Below, in pieces: positions 49,958-61,045 of a stretch of DNA of 64,000 bases. The DNA is from Blastocladiella emersonii ATCC 22665 (taxonomy: Eukaryota; Fungi; Blastocladiomycota). Each line of letters begins with the position of its first letter. Position 1 is the first letter of the stretch. The notes under the pieces were generated by a model. The model ran no database searches. It was not told the origin of the DNA and saw nothing but the letters and a program-made list of their open reading frames with translations. Where the stretch lies: positions 1,302,001 to 1,366,000 of the forward strand of contig JANHCV010000004.1 in NCBI GenBank assembly GCA_025594325.1, given 5' to 3'. Position numbers and translations under genes: made by a program.

Positions 49958-51574
49958 ATGTCATCTGCCGACGCCGCGCCAACGCCCGCCGCGGCCCTCG
50001 CGGCAACTGCTGCCGCCGCCGCATCGGCACCCACCGCGTCGCCGCTGCCCGAGATGCCCGACGACGCGCGGTTCAGCGTGATGAGCGTGGTGTGGCTGTC
50101 CGTCTTCCTCGCGCTCGCGGTGGGCCTGTTCTGCGCCAACGTGTACACGGCAGTCGCGACGCGGCGGCTGGCGGCGAGCTCGGGCGCGGGCAAGCGCGCG
50201 TCGCCCGTGCGCAACCGGCTCAACCTGCTGCTCGTGTTCGGGTCGGGCATGAACATGCTGAACCAGATCTATTTCCTCGTCATGGACGTGGGCCGCGGGC
50301 TGCCGTGCTCGGCCATCGTGACCACGGGCGGCGTGCTGTACTCGAGCATGGTGCTCTCCGTGACGTCCGTGCTCGTGCACCGGTCGACGACGCTGCTGCC
50401 GGCATCGCAGCGGCGCGTCGTGCGGGCCGCGCTGTTCGCGCTGATCCTGGCCGGGTTCTCGACCATCGCCGCGTCCAACGCGCTGCGCAAGTGGAACGAG
50501 GACCTGATAGCCGTCGGCGTGTGCTCGGCGATCTGGAACCGTACCCTCAACACGGTCGGCAAGGCGTGCCTGGTGGTCCTGTACCTGGTCGTCCTCGTCG
50601 TGTTCGTGCGCCCGCTGTACGCGCACATGCGCGCGGTGCGCCGGTTCAGCGGCGGGCTGCGCGCCGACGACCCGAGCGCGCACCGCCTCGAGGCCATGGT
50701 CCACACGCTCTTCATCAAGATCACCCTTGCCATCATCGCCATCGTCGCCAGCACCGTCCTCGGCATCCTCAACCTGTTCGGCCGCTACATCACCATCGAG
50801 TTCTCGATCCAGAACCTCGCCATGGTCTACGCCTCGACCCTCGCCCTCGAGCGGTTCGGCACTCGCCGGTCCTCGTCCGCCGGCGCCGGCGGGGATACCT
50901 CGGACTCGGCCACGCTCCTCGAGACCGTGTCGAGCGAGGCCCGCCGCGGCGGTGGGTCGACGCCGTACCTCATCCCGAAACGCCCCGCCGGCCCAACACC
51001 CTCCAGCGACCGCATGCGCCAGGCGTCCGCGAGCGTGCACCACGTGTCGTCGACCGCCGTCGACCTGTTCGACGACTCGTGCGGCGGCGGCGATAGCGAC
51101 GCGGACGATGGGCTGCCGGGCGGCGCTGCCGGCGTGAAGCGCGTCACGCCCTCGCCGTCGCCGAAACCAGCGCCCATGCCGCTCCGCCTCCTCCCGCGCG
51201 ACGAACCCATGCCGCCGCTCCCGCAGTTCGCCATGCCCATGGTCCCGATGCAGGTGCAGGCCGATACGCTGCCGTATCACCACCACCCGGCGTCGGCAGC
51301 GGCGCCGCTCGCGTCGCTCGCGCCCGAGTCCGAGGCGACCGTCAGCGCGGGCATGCGGCGCGTCGGGTCCGGCGTGTGGATCGGCGAACCCGAGCTCGAC
51401 GTGTCCGGCGACCCCGAGGGCGAGGACATGGGCGAGCCGCGCCTCGCCGACTACAGCGACCACGCGTACGAGCCGTCGTCGCTCGGGCCCTACGTGAACG
51501 CGGCCGCGGCCGTGCGGCGGTCAGCGAGCCGCGGCGGCGGCGACACCAAGAACCCGCGAGGCCGGCCACAGTAG
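49958..51574 (+). CDS. Orphan seven-transmembrane (GPCR-like) protein
   Basis: About 7 hydrophobic segments, with a Cys near the start of TM3 and one in the ECL2-like loop (GVCSA), then a long S/P-rich cytoplasmic tail. Intronless. Confidence 0.65.
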   Translation: MSSADAAPTPAAALAATAAAAASAPTASPLPEMPDDARFSVMSVVWLSVFLALAVGLFCANVYTAVATRRLAASSGAGKRASPVRNRLNLLLVFGSGMNMLNQIYFLVMDVGRGLPCSAIVTTGGVLYSSMVLSVTSVLVHRSTTLLPASQRRVVRAALFALILAGFSTIAASNALRKWNEDLIAVGVCSAIWNRTLNTVGKACLVVLYLVVLVVFVRPLYAHMRAVRRFSGGLRADDPSAHRLEAMVHTLFIKITLAIIAIVASTVLGILNLFGRYITIEFSIQNLAMVYASTLALERFGTRRSSSAGAGGDTSDSATLLETVSSEARRGGGSTPYLIPKRPAGPTPSSDRMRQASASVHHVSSTAVDLFDDSCGGGDSDADDGLPGGAAGVKRVTPSPSPKPAPMPLRLLPRDEPMPPLPQFAMPMVPMQVQADTLPYHHHPASAAAPLASLAPESEATVSAGMRRVGSGVWIGEPELDVSGDPEGEDMGEPRLADYSDHAYEPSSLGPYVNAAAAVRRSASRGGGDTKNPRGRPQ

Positions 51575-51732
51575 GCCGGTCAGTCGGTCGCGAAACCCGT
51601 CCATCATATTCAGCACCATTGCATCTCTCGCAACACTCTCATCCACATTGATCGCATCATCCTCATCCTCATCCGTTTCCCGTCTGAATACACCCACCGC
51701 GCACTTTTTGAAACTGCCATGTATCCTCCGCG

Positions 51733-52971
51733 CTAGACCTGCAGGCGGAGCTGCTCGACGCAAAACGCGGTAAAGATGCGGGCAAAGTTGACGAGCGTGG
51801 CGCGGTCGAGCGCGCTCGCGTTGTCGGCGACCTTGTGCCACACGTCCGGGAACGGGACGGGGATGACGTGGACGACGGGCACGCCGCGCTCGAGGAACGG
51901 CAGGTGGTCGTCCTCGATGGCCACGTCCGCGTACTGGTGGTTGGCCAGGATCGGCGAAAAGTACGGGTAGTGGTCGCCGTCGTCGTCGTCTTCATCGTGC
52001 TCGTCAGAGTGGTCGGAGGAAACGAGCAGGTCGTGCTCGCGGCGAAGCAGCGTCTCGAGGTGGACCAGGCGCTCGAACAACGACGTCGTCGGCCGCTGCA
52101 GGTTGAAGATGGTGGGTCGTGGCGCGCCGAGGAGGTCGAGCAAGACGAACGCGCTGATGCCCTGCAGCAGGTTCGCGGGCGCCGCGTCCCCCGACCCCAC
52201 AGCGGCGGGCCCGTTGGCCGCGGGCGCGGCGGGCACGACAAACGACGACGCCCACTTGGCAGCGAGATGGCGCGCGCCGTACAGCGAGTCGGCGCGGGAC
52301 CACGCCTTCCACGCCTCCTCGCCGTCAAAGAAGACGAGCTGCAGCGTGACGTCGGGCGTCCCACGAACCGCGTCGAGCGCGGGCTGCAGCAGCGACGCGA
52401 CCTCGAGCAGCACGGCGCACGGCGCGGCGCTGTCGGTCGCCCCGATGAACTCGCGGCCGCCGTCCATGAACATGGAGTCGTAGTGCGCGGCCAGCACGAG
52501 GCGGCGCTTCGCGCTCGGGTGCCGCGTCGCGACAATGTTGGCGAACGGCTTCACGCCGTACGGCGTCGTGTCGTTGAAGGCGTCGAGCTCGACGTGGAAC
52601 TGCAGCGCCGTCAGCGTTCTCACGAGGTGCGCGCGCGCCGCCGCGTGCGTCGGGGTGCCGGGGACCCGCGGTACTAGGAGCGGCGGCAGGTGCGTCTTCC
52701 AAAGCCGCTCGCTCGTCAGGTCGCCGTGCCGCGACGTCAGCAGCGACACGATGGTGTCCTCGTGCACCGCGGAGGCGGAACCGGACCGCCGCGCGCTCGT
52801 CGTCGATGACGAAGTGGCGACCAGCGCGACGAAGAGGAGGAGAGCGGCCCACGCGGCGGCCACGGCGCCCCGCTTGCGCCATGTCCACTTGCGCCACGCC
52901 GTGAGAGGGGACGACGGCGCGGAGTGCGGCGGCGGGCTCCCGTCGATGAGGGTGAACTGGGCTCGTTGCAT
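51733..52971 (-). CDS. QPCT: Glutaminyl-peptide cyclotransferase (M28 family)
   Basis: LVLAAHYDS, GATDSAAPCA, FFDGEEA, DSLYGARHLA, LLDLLG, IEDDHLPF. Confidence 0.92.
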   Translation of the reverse strand: MQRAQFTLIDGSPPPHSAPSSPLTAWRKWTWRKRGAVAAAWAALLLFVALVATSSSTTSARRSGSASAVHEDTIVSLLTSRHGDLTSERLWKTHLPPLLVPRVPGTPTHAAARAHLVRTLTALQFHVELDAFNDTTPYGVKPFANIVATRHPSAKRRLVLAAHYDSMFMDGGREFIGATDSAAPCAVLLEVASLLQPALDAVRGTPDVTLQLVFFDGEEAWKAWSRADSLYGARHLAAKWASSFVVPAAPAANGPAAVGSGDAAPANLLQGISAFVLLDLLGAPRPTIFNLQRPTTSLFERLVHLETLLRREHDLLVSSDHSDEHDEDDDDGDHYPYFSPILANHQYADVAIEDDHLPFLERGVPVVHVIPVPFPDVWHKVADNASALDRATLVNFARIFTAFCVEQLRLQV

Positions 52972-53330
52972 GGTTTACGGTCGTTGAAGCGGGAGGAGAG
53001 CGCGGTCCCTGCGGCGGCCTTCGAGGCGAGGAAGGGGCCGCGCCGCAGGCCGCGCCGCCCGCGTGAAACCGTCAGCTGACGCGCGACTACGCCACAGCGA
53101 CGTGCTTGCGCCCCCGGCCGACCCGCCCCTCGGAACGTGTCCTCGGCTCGCCCTCCCTCCCTCCCGCTGCCGCTCCTCCGACTAGACGCGCTGCAGCGCT
53201 GCAACGAAGCACTACCTACCCTGCCACGCACTACACGAAACGCGCCCGACGCCTCGCGCGGATCCCTTCCTCAACCCTCTTGATTCCCTCCTGTGGCGCA
53301 ACACGCCCCACCCTCCCGCCAACCGCCACC

Positions 53331-55462
53331 ATGTCGACCATGGACGACGTCAAGGTGTACTGCTTCAGCGGGTTCGTCAAGCACGCGTCGCTGGTCAACA
53401 AGGTGTACCCGACGCAGCCGGGCGAGGAGGGCGCGCGCGGGTCCGACCTGGCCTACCTCGTCTTCTACGCCAAGCACCGCCCCGAGAAGCTCGCCAAGGT
53501 CGGCCGCTACCTGCACAAGCACTACGGCTGGGACGCGGCAAAGGACCGCCGCGGCTACCACCGCGTCACCCTCGAGATCCTCGACGCCCTCATCGACTCG
53601 TGCCACGAGCAGCTCTCCTACTTTGCCGCCAACACCATCCAGATCCTGTCCGAGATGGCCGAGCTCGGCGACAGCGTCCTGCTCACCCACATCACCGCCA
53701 CCCTCATCAAGTTCAACGCCCACTACGACGGCGCACTCGACACGGACCCCGTCTTTGCCCCGCTCTTCCACGCCCTGCTCGACCGCTTCTGCGACTACGC
53801 CATGCCGCGCAGCGGCAGTAGTGGTGGGGCCAACCCGGCGTCGCACCAGACGGCGCTCGCTGGCCTCGAGGCCATCAAGTCGGTCGCCTTCTCGCGCTTC
53901 GTCTTCGCCTCGTCCAAGTCGGAAAAGTACGCCGCCAAGATCGTGCCGCCCATCATGGCCAACATCCGCCCCGGCGCGCCCGGTTCCGGATCCGGTGCCG
54001 CAACGACCGCCGCGACCACGGGTGCGCCCGCCAACGGGAGCGCGCCGTCGTCGCCCCCGCACAGCCCACAGCGCACCGAGGCCGCTGCCGCTGCCGCGGC
54101 GGCCGCGCGCGACGACGCCGAGTACGCGGCGCTGCAAGCGCAGCGGCGCGTGTCCATCTACGACGACCTGGTGCACGACGACGAGCTGTCGCACATTGCC
54201 CTGCAGTCGCTGCAGCGGCTCGTGCGGTCCGCTACCGCCACCACCATCGCCAACGTCATCCTGCCCGTGTTCGGGTACCTCGACGCCAACGCCAAGTGGG
54301 CCGACACGCCCTACACCACGCTCGTCATGCGCGCTATCACCGCCGTGTCCTCGGTACGGTCGCTTTCCCGTTCGCCCCTCCGCGCTGAATCTGACGACCG
54401 TGGAAAACTGATTCCCGCCAGACCCCCACCCAGACCATTGTCCTGGGCCAGATCCTGACGCGCCTCAACACGCCGGCGTTCCAGCACAAGGCGCGCCTGC
54501 TCGCCGTGCTGCCGCAGACCCGCCTCAGCACGCCGTGCCTCGCCATCTCGCTCACGGACGTCGTCGACTGCCTGCTGCGCAACTCGGCCGAGCACCCGGT
54601 CCCCGCGCAAAAGGCCCTCGCCTGGCTCACCGCCGCCTTCACCCACCCGCCCACCGCCGCCCGCGACGCGCTCGCCACCATGGTCCCGAAACTCGACCAG
54701 CCGTCGCAGCTCAGCGCCGTCCTAGGGGTGCTCGAAGCCCACGCCGACCGCGCAGGAGCGGAACCACCATCCACCGACCCGTTCGCCCTCGACACCCTCG
54801 AACCCCTGTTCCCGCTCCTCGCGCGCACCGACGACGCGAGCCGCGACATCCGCGCGCGCACCGCGACCCTCATCGCGCGCGCCGCACCCACCCTGCGGCC
54901 CGCCCCGCTCACCCTCCTCGCCGTCTACCTCCCGCGCATCGCCGACGCCACCGTCGCCCGCCAGATCGTCGCGCACCACTGGGCCGCACACCCGGTCGAG
55001 GCCGCGCGCCTCGTCCGCGGCGCCGCGCGCGGCGAGTACCCGCCTGCCCTCGCGCGCGCCGCGATCGACGCCGTTCGTCCGCGCGTGCCCGCGCTCGCGA
55101 CGCTCGCGGTGTTTGCGCCCGAGGGTGAGGGGCTTGAGGGCGAGAACGTGGATCTCGACGCGATCGCCGCGGCTATGGCGGGCCGCCCCGCGACCGCGGG
55201 GACCGCGACGACGTTTGCGACGGCGCAGACGTCGCGCGACCTCGACGCAGCCGAGTCGGAGGCCGCGGCGAGTGTGTCGGTGGCCGAGCTGCCCAAGCAC
55301 CAGAGCGTGCTCCGGTTCGCGTCGCTCGAGCGCAAGGCGACGACCGACGAGTTCCGTGCGATCCTCAACGGGAAGCCGGTGCTCGAGCGGCCGATTTCGA
55401 TGGGGCCCGGGTGGTCGGTGCCCGCGGACGACGATGTGGATGATGTGCTTGACAAGATTTAG
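53331..55462 (+). CDS. EFR3: EFR3, PI4-kinase plasma-membrane scaffold (2 exons)
   Basis: KHASLVNKVYP, LAYLVFYAKHRPEKLAKVGRYL, VTLEILDALIDSC; the downstream exon is ORF 54506..55462. Confidence 0.9.
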
Positions 55463-55514
55463 AGACTGCGAATGCAATGAAAAGTATTTTTTATAACTGG
55501 AGAGTGTGGAAGGG

Positions 55515-55721
55515 GTGTGGCGCAACGCGTCGATGTCTCGCGCCGGGTCTCAAGCGCGGCTCGCGGTGGTCGCGCAAACCACAAGTACCGGCGTCAACAA
55601 GGGCCGTGCATCTTACGGAAACGACCGCTGCGATCTTGACCACGCTCGCGGCTGAGGAGAAGGCCGTGGTCGTGGCAGGCGTGTGGCGCAACGCGTCGAT
55701 GTCTCGCGGTCTGTCTCAAGC
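55515..55721. repeat. Two direct repeats of about 41 nt (55515-55555 and 55681-55721) downstream of Fanzor B
   Basis: An identical 28-mer, GTGTGGCGCAACGCGTCGATGTCTCGCG, at 55515 and 55681, each followed after 4 variable nt by GTCTCAAGC. Confidence 0.9.
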
Positions 55722-55807
55722 ACGTCAGTTCGCGCGGGCCAGGCTCTCTCTCTTCGCAAGACAGCTACCAATGGAGCAAACTATGAACTATTGAACTATA
55801 ATGCTTA

Positions 55808-58021
55808 TCAAACCTTGGAGACCGCGAGCCGACGCAACTCAAGCTTGGGCTGCGCGGGGATCACGATGAACAGCGCGAGCGTGAACATGAGGAGGTTGAG
55901 CGACGCGTTCATGTCGCGGTCGACCTCGACGCGGCACCGCGGGCACGCTGAGCGGCGGCTGTCCGGCACGGGGCTCAGGTCGCACTCGCCGAGCGCCGCT
56001 GCGACCGGGTCGAGCGCGGCGCACACGGCGCACCACTTGGACGAGAGCGCCTCGCTCACCAAGTAAACGTGGGCACCCATGGACCGCAGCACGCGCGGGA
56101 TCTTCACGAGCAGCTCCGCCACCGACCCGCGGCCAAACTCGAACTCGCTGCCCAGCACCAGCACCGCGCGCCGGCACGCGTGCTTGAGCTGCCCGATCAG
56201 GTCCGGCGTCTTCGCCCCGTCCCGCCCCCGCCCCCGCCGCTCCCGCCGCAGCGCACGGTAGTGCTTGATCGACGACTGTACGAGCGCGTAATCGGCCGCC
56301 GGCTTGCGCTGCTGCACGAGAAACAGCAGCGTCCGCTGCAGCTCCTTGCGCGCCGCCTCGTCGCCCGGGTACGCGTCGCGCAGCGCTGCGAGGGCGAGAC
56401 GCACCGTCTCCTCGGCGCGATCGAGGCTCGCGGCGACGGCACGGTCGATCGCCGCGCGCGCGGCTTGCGCGCCGTCCGCGGCCGTGGCGCACGTGCTGAG
56501 CAGCGAAGCGAAGTCGATGGCGGCGGGGGAAGCGGACTCGGTGTTCAGCACGGGCGGGTCCGAGTTGAGGTCGTCGGTGGTCGCTGCGGACCCGTCGCCC
56601 GTCAAGACGTCGGGAGTGGCGTCATGGACGGGCGCAGCGGACCCGTCACCCGCCGAGATGTCAGCAGCAGCGCCGTGGATGGGCACAGCGGCGGACAGCG
56701 TGCGCTCGAGCTCGCGCACGATGAACTGGTCCTTGAACTCAGCCGAGGCCTCGGCGCCCAGCCGCTTGACGTGGGCGCGGGCCTTGCCGAAGACAATGTC
56801 GAAGCCGGCCTGCGCGCCCGCAAGCTTCTCAGCAAGCCCGTCAAGCGTCGCCACCAGCTCCTCGGCGCGCTCGGCGGCGGTGCGCAAGTCAAGAAGCGCG
56901 CTCGTGAGGAGAGACGTGAGCTTCCTGACCGTAAGCAGCCGGCCGGGCACGCTGCCGCGATACGCGAGCACGAGCCGCTGCAGCTTGACGATGAGCGACG
57001 CCGATACGATGCGGGCCGTGATCAGGAAGACCTGGCCCGGGTCGCCGATGATCGCGCTGAAGTTGGCGGGAAGCAGGATGTACCGCGTGTGCACGTCGCG
57101 CGAGCTCGGGTCCTGGAAGCCGCCGCTGAGCACGGGCCGCTCGACGATCGTGGCGAAGATGCCCCTGCCGCGGACAAACGAGTCGGGAAGGACGGGAAGC
57201 GCACCGCCGATTGCCGCGAGACGATCCGCGTAGCCGTCCGAGTCCATGGCACCAACCCAGTTGACAAGAGCGCCTGCGAGGCTCGCGTCGAGCGCGGTGG
57301 CGGCGTCCTGGCTGAGGGGCCGCATGCCCGATTTGACGAGGAGAGCGTGGATGCAGCGGCCGTTGGTGATGACGGTGCCGTAGAACTGGTTGCGGAGCTC
57401 GTGGCCAGTCCAGAACCACAGCAGCTTGGGCCGCATGATGCCTGCGAGGAGCGCGAAATCCGAGTCCCACTGCGCCTTGGCCACCTTGGCCCGCTCGAGG
57501 AGCTGAGCCGCGGCCGCGCAGTAGTCCTCGGGCCGCGCAACGCCCGCGTCGATCAACTGCAGAATCACCTCGTTGAGCGGCGGCGGCGACGAGCAGACGG
57601 GTTCGCTCTCACACGGAGCAGCGGAACCAGTGATCAGCTCGCGAAGGGCAGCGGGCGAGAAAGAAAAGAACTCGGGCTTGGGGAAGAACTCGGGGATCCA
57701 GACGGAGACGTAGAGACGGCGAGGGGTCCAACCCTCAGCCGTGATCCGCGTGGCAGCGTCGCAGAGCGCGTAAAGCACGACGGACCTCGGCTGGCCGTGT
57801 TCCGTTCGGGCAGACTCCATTCCTCTAGACTCGAGCGACGCGTCATTTTCCCGTGACGACGCGGCGGCAGGAGATCGGGAGCGTAACTTCGAAGTGGTAG
57901 TACCACCGCCCACTGGCGCAGCGGCGGCGGCGGACGCGAACACGGCAATGTCGGCTTGGCGGGGCGCGGATGATGTTGACCTGGATCGACTTGAAGCGCT
58001 GACGGCGTGAGGCGGGATCAC
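55808..58021 (-). CDS. Fanzor1 RNA-guided endonuclease, 'Fanzor B'
   Basis: 737-aa ORF: FYGTVITNG, AIIGDPGQ (D327), VLVLGSE, LVSEALSSKWCAVC (E657), CPRC, VDRDMNASLNL (D703). The true start codon is uncertain. Confidence 0.85.
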   Translation of the reverse strand: MIPPHAVSASSRSRSTSSAPRQADIAVFASAAAAAPVGGGTTTSKLRSRSPAAASSRENDASLESRGMESARTEHGQPRSVVLYALCDAATRITAEGWTPRRLYVSVWIPEFFPKPEFFSFSPAALRELITGSAAPCESEPVCSSPPPLNEVILQLIDAGVARPEDYCAAAAQLLERAKVAKAQWDSDFALLAGIMRPKLLWFWTGHELRNQFYGTVITNGRCIHALLVKSGMRPLSQDAATALDASLAGALVNWVGAMDSDGYADRLAAIGGALPVLPDSFVRGRGIFATIVERPVLSGGFQDPSSRDVHTRYILLPANFSAIIGDPGQVFLITARIVSASLIVKLQRLVLAYRGSVPGRLLTVRKLTSLLTSALLDLRTAAERAEELVATLDGLAEKLAGAQAGFDIVFGKARAHVKRLGAEASAEFKDQFIVRELERTLSAAVPIHGAAADISAGDGSAAPVHDATPDVLTGDGSAATTDDLNSDPPVLNTESASPAAIDFASLLSTCATAADGAQAARAAIDRAVAASLDRAEETVRLALAALRDAYPGDEAARKELQRTLLFLVQQRKPAADYALVQSSIKHYRALRRERRGRGRDGAKTPDLIGQLKHACRRAVLVLGSEFEFGRGSVAELLVKIPRVLRSMGAHVYLVSEALSSKWCAVCAALDPVAAALGECDLSPVPDSRRSACPRCRVEVDRDMNASLNLLMFTLALFIVIPAQPKLELRRLAVSKV

Positions 58022-58099
58022 GATGTTGCGTGCGCACGCGATGGCCGTCGGACATGACAGCAGCGGAAGCGATCGCGAGAGTGGTCAGTCGGACCGTCG

Positions 58100-60720
58100 C
58101 GTGAGTACCTGGTCGAAGCACACACGATGGGTTTCTAGGGCAGCGCGACGAGCGTGCAAGTTGTGAGTGATCGGCTGTGCTCACCGCGGTATGCGACCTA
58201 AAGTGACACGTCCCAGGTTGAGGGTGACCTGCGACCCTGGAGCCTTAGTCGAGCGACTTGGGCCCTTGCACTTGCGCACGGGCAGAGCCACGCAATTCTT
58301 ACTCCAACGGATGCTCGTGAGTGGGGGCGTCGGTCATGACGAAGCCGTAGTTGCGTACCGTCGTCCACGGAAGGCGAGCTTGCCCCTACACGAACAGCGA
58401 CGCTCATGTCAGTTCGTGCCGTGCAACGGGTCTTGGATGCACGCGTACCGGGACACCGGGATGGACCCGCTCGCTGCTATCACGCGATCCATGTTGAGCT
58501 CGACCTGCTTCTTGACTTACAGGTCACTCGGCCAGGGCGACGCGACGCGACGCGATGCGTGTGCGGCCGGAGCGATGTCGGCAAAGATGCGTCCCGCCCT
58601 CACGTGTGTAGCGAGCCTGATGTCGGGACCGGCGCGAGGTTGTCGGGTGCGGTTGCCGGTCGTTGCGGGCCCGACTGACCGGCCATGAGGGAGAACTCCT
58701 CGATGCCGCCGCCGTCTGGACGGACACGCGTAGCGTCAGTAGACATCTCGGCGCGTGCACCTTGTGTACCGGAGGTACAGCAGCCGAGCACGAGTGTAGC
58801 GCGACGCTCGAGATGCAGGCGTTGAGCGCCGACCGGTCGGCATACACATGCTGACGCGCAAGTCAGTTCTGGTTCCGATCGGCGGCCGTGGCCGTGCGCG
58901 TACCGAGCTTGAGCCCCTGCTGGGGCGTAGCCCTGAAGGGCGTAGCGACGCCGTGTCACTCGTCGTGCGACGTGTCGTCGCGCTATGCGGGACGCCAGGA
59001 CGCGTCCGGTCACGATGCGTCGATGAACAGCCCACGCGTATTGGCCCGCCTACGCACGGGTACGGGTTGCGTGCACGTCGAGCGAGTTTGCGTGGTGTTG
59101 CAGAAGCGCGAGGTGGAAGGCGGGGAGTCGATAGCGTCAAGGAGACAACCGGTTCGAAGAAGGAGCGTTGCCCGTAACGCGTAAGCGCGACGCGTTCTGG
59201 AGACAAGCGTGACTGGCGCGCGCGCGCACGTCAAGGCGTCGCGTCTCCCGCGGCCGCGAGACAATGCGTGACTTTCATGTGGCACTGTGACGCGGCAACT
59301 TTCGCCCCGCACAGTTTTACCATGAATGCAAGGGCTTCCAACAAGTCGTGGTACTAGAGGCACTCGCACCATTTCGAACCAGAGGTCGCCCCGATCGCCT
59401 GCCGCCTCGGCACGCTCGGGAAGCTGTTTGCCGGTTTCGGTAGCCAGCGAGCATGAGAACTCCACCTTGGGCCCAGCTAGACGTCGTCCATGATACGCTG
59501 AGCCAGTCACGCGAGGAGATCCGCCTGCCGTCGCGTCGCCGCCCTGCGCCCGATCGCCACTGCTCTGCACTCAAACCTCAGAGCTGCTCACATCCACAAC
59601 TCATCCACTCCATGGCGCCCACAACCGACCGGGTCCCACGACCCGATCGACTTCGCGGCTCCCCGTCCGCCTCGGTCTGTCGCGGGCCACTTGCCACCGC
59701 GGCGCCAGTGGCTCCGACAGCGGCATTCTTACATGTTGCTCCATGAGTTCGAGAAGAAGAGCGTGGAATGAAGAGCGCTGCAACTGCTTCCCCCAAGGAC
59801 GCGTTCCGATGCAACGCGCACGCCGTTGCCCCTTGCGCGCGCCGCATGTGAACGCCGCGAACACGGACCGCGTTGGCTCACGCGATCGTCGCGCTTCTCC
59901 CTTGCAACACGCTCGTCAAGCATGTCCAGGCGTCGCTCCGCTGTTGCCCTGGCAGCTGCTCTCGCGGTGAGGCGTCGACGTGCCCGAGGCCGCCCATGAA
60001 CGCCACGTCGGGCCAGCCGTCGTCGTCTCGCCCCTCACACCGCTCCGAAGCAAACGCATCGAATGGAACCCAACCGCAACTTGCTGCATTTTGTCGTCCA
60101 GATGTTCATGACTCTGTGGTTGGCACAGCCGGGCGGGATCCGGTGTTGGCCGTGCAGCGCCTGAGCGCGCATGCCGCACTCAGCAGGTTGGTCGGGTGGG
60201 CGTTCCCACGCTCAGCGATCGGGCACAACGGCATCTAGGTGTACGAGACCAAGGCGGTCGTAGACGGGCTGCACGGCGACTACCATCGCGTCAAGGAGTT
60301 GCTGTACGAGCTTGAGAAGCGCCCGTTGACAAGCTGCGCGATGCAACGATAGTCGCCGTCGCGATCTTGTTCCTTAGTTTTTGGATCGCGCTCGGCGGTG
60401 CGGCCTCTCTACGGCGCTGTTCTACCGCCTGCGCGCCACGTTCATCGCCTCGGCACAACGCTGCGGACTTTCACGGGCAACACAGGCATCATCGGCGGCA
60501 GCGTCGGCCTCGGCAAGAGCGCCGCCGCCACCACGGCCGACCTCATGAAGAAGGCCGACTCGTTTGTCGTCGGCCGCGCGAGAGCTTGCCGCCGCTCGTC
60601 TCGGGCCGCGTCCAGGCGCCGCCCCGCGTGTTTGAGTGTAGTTCGAGCGCGCGCCAACCGCGCTGCATCGCCGCCCATCATGTATCATTACCCATCCCGA
60701 TGATCGTTAGATTGACCAAA
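58100..60720. pseudogene. Decayed coding remnants (possible FAR1/WRKY-like finger on the minus strand; P-loop fragment on the plus strand)
   Basis: Broken frames give RRCSCRGKL...FVMTDAPTHEHPLE at about 58280-58410 (-) and TGIIGGSVGLGKS at about 60480-60520 (+). Confidence 0.25.
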
Positions 60721-61045
60721 TTCATTCCGTACGTTTCTGACCTGCCCTTTCCCATGTCGAGCGTGGTGCGCGCGGTGCGAACGTCCTTGAAACGCGACGC
60801 GATGTGGCTCTGCTCGGCCAGCCGCCGCGCCACCTCGGGCTGACTCCCCTCGGACCACTCACCGCCTTGCTCATCTTGCTGTTCATAAGGGCGACTGACT
60901 GGAACGGCGAGGATCGAAGAAGCTGAGAGCTCACTGAGCAGCTACGCTATAAAACTCGGCCGAGCCCCCACTTCCCTCCAGCTCTTGTTCCTCAACCCTT
61001 CAACAGGACCCTCTCATCGCAGACTCTGTTCCCTATACGACCATC

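Noticed and set aside
55672-55680. Putative Fanzor B guide start GCCTGCCAC matching the Pack-MULE TIR
   Set aside because: Only 9 nt match, which is expected by chance.
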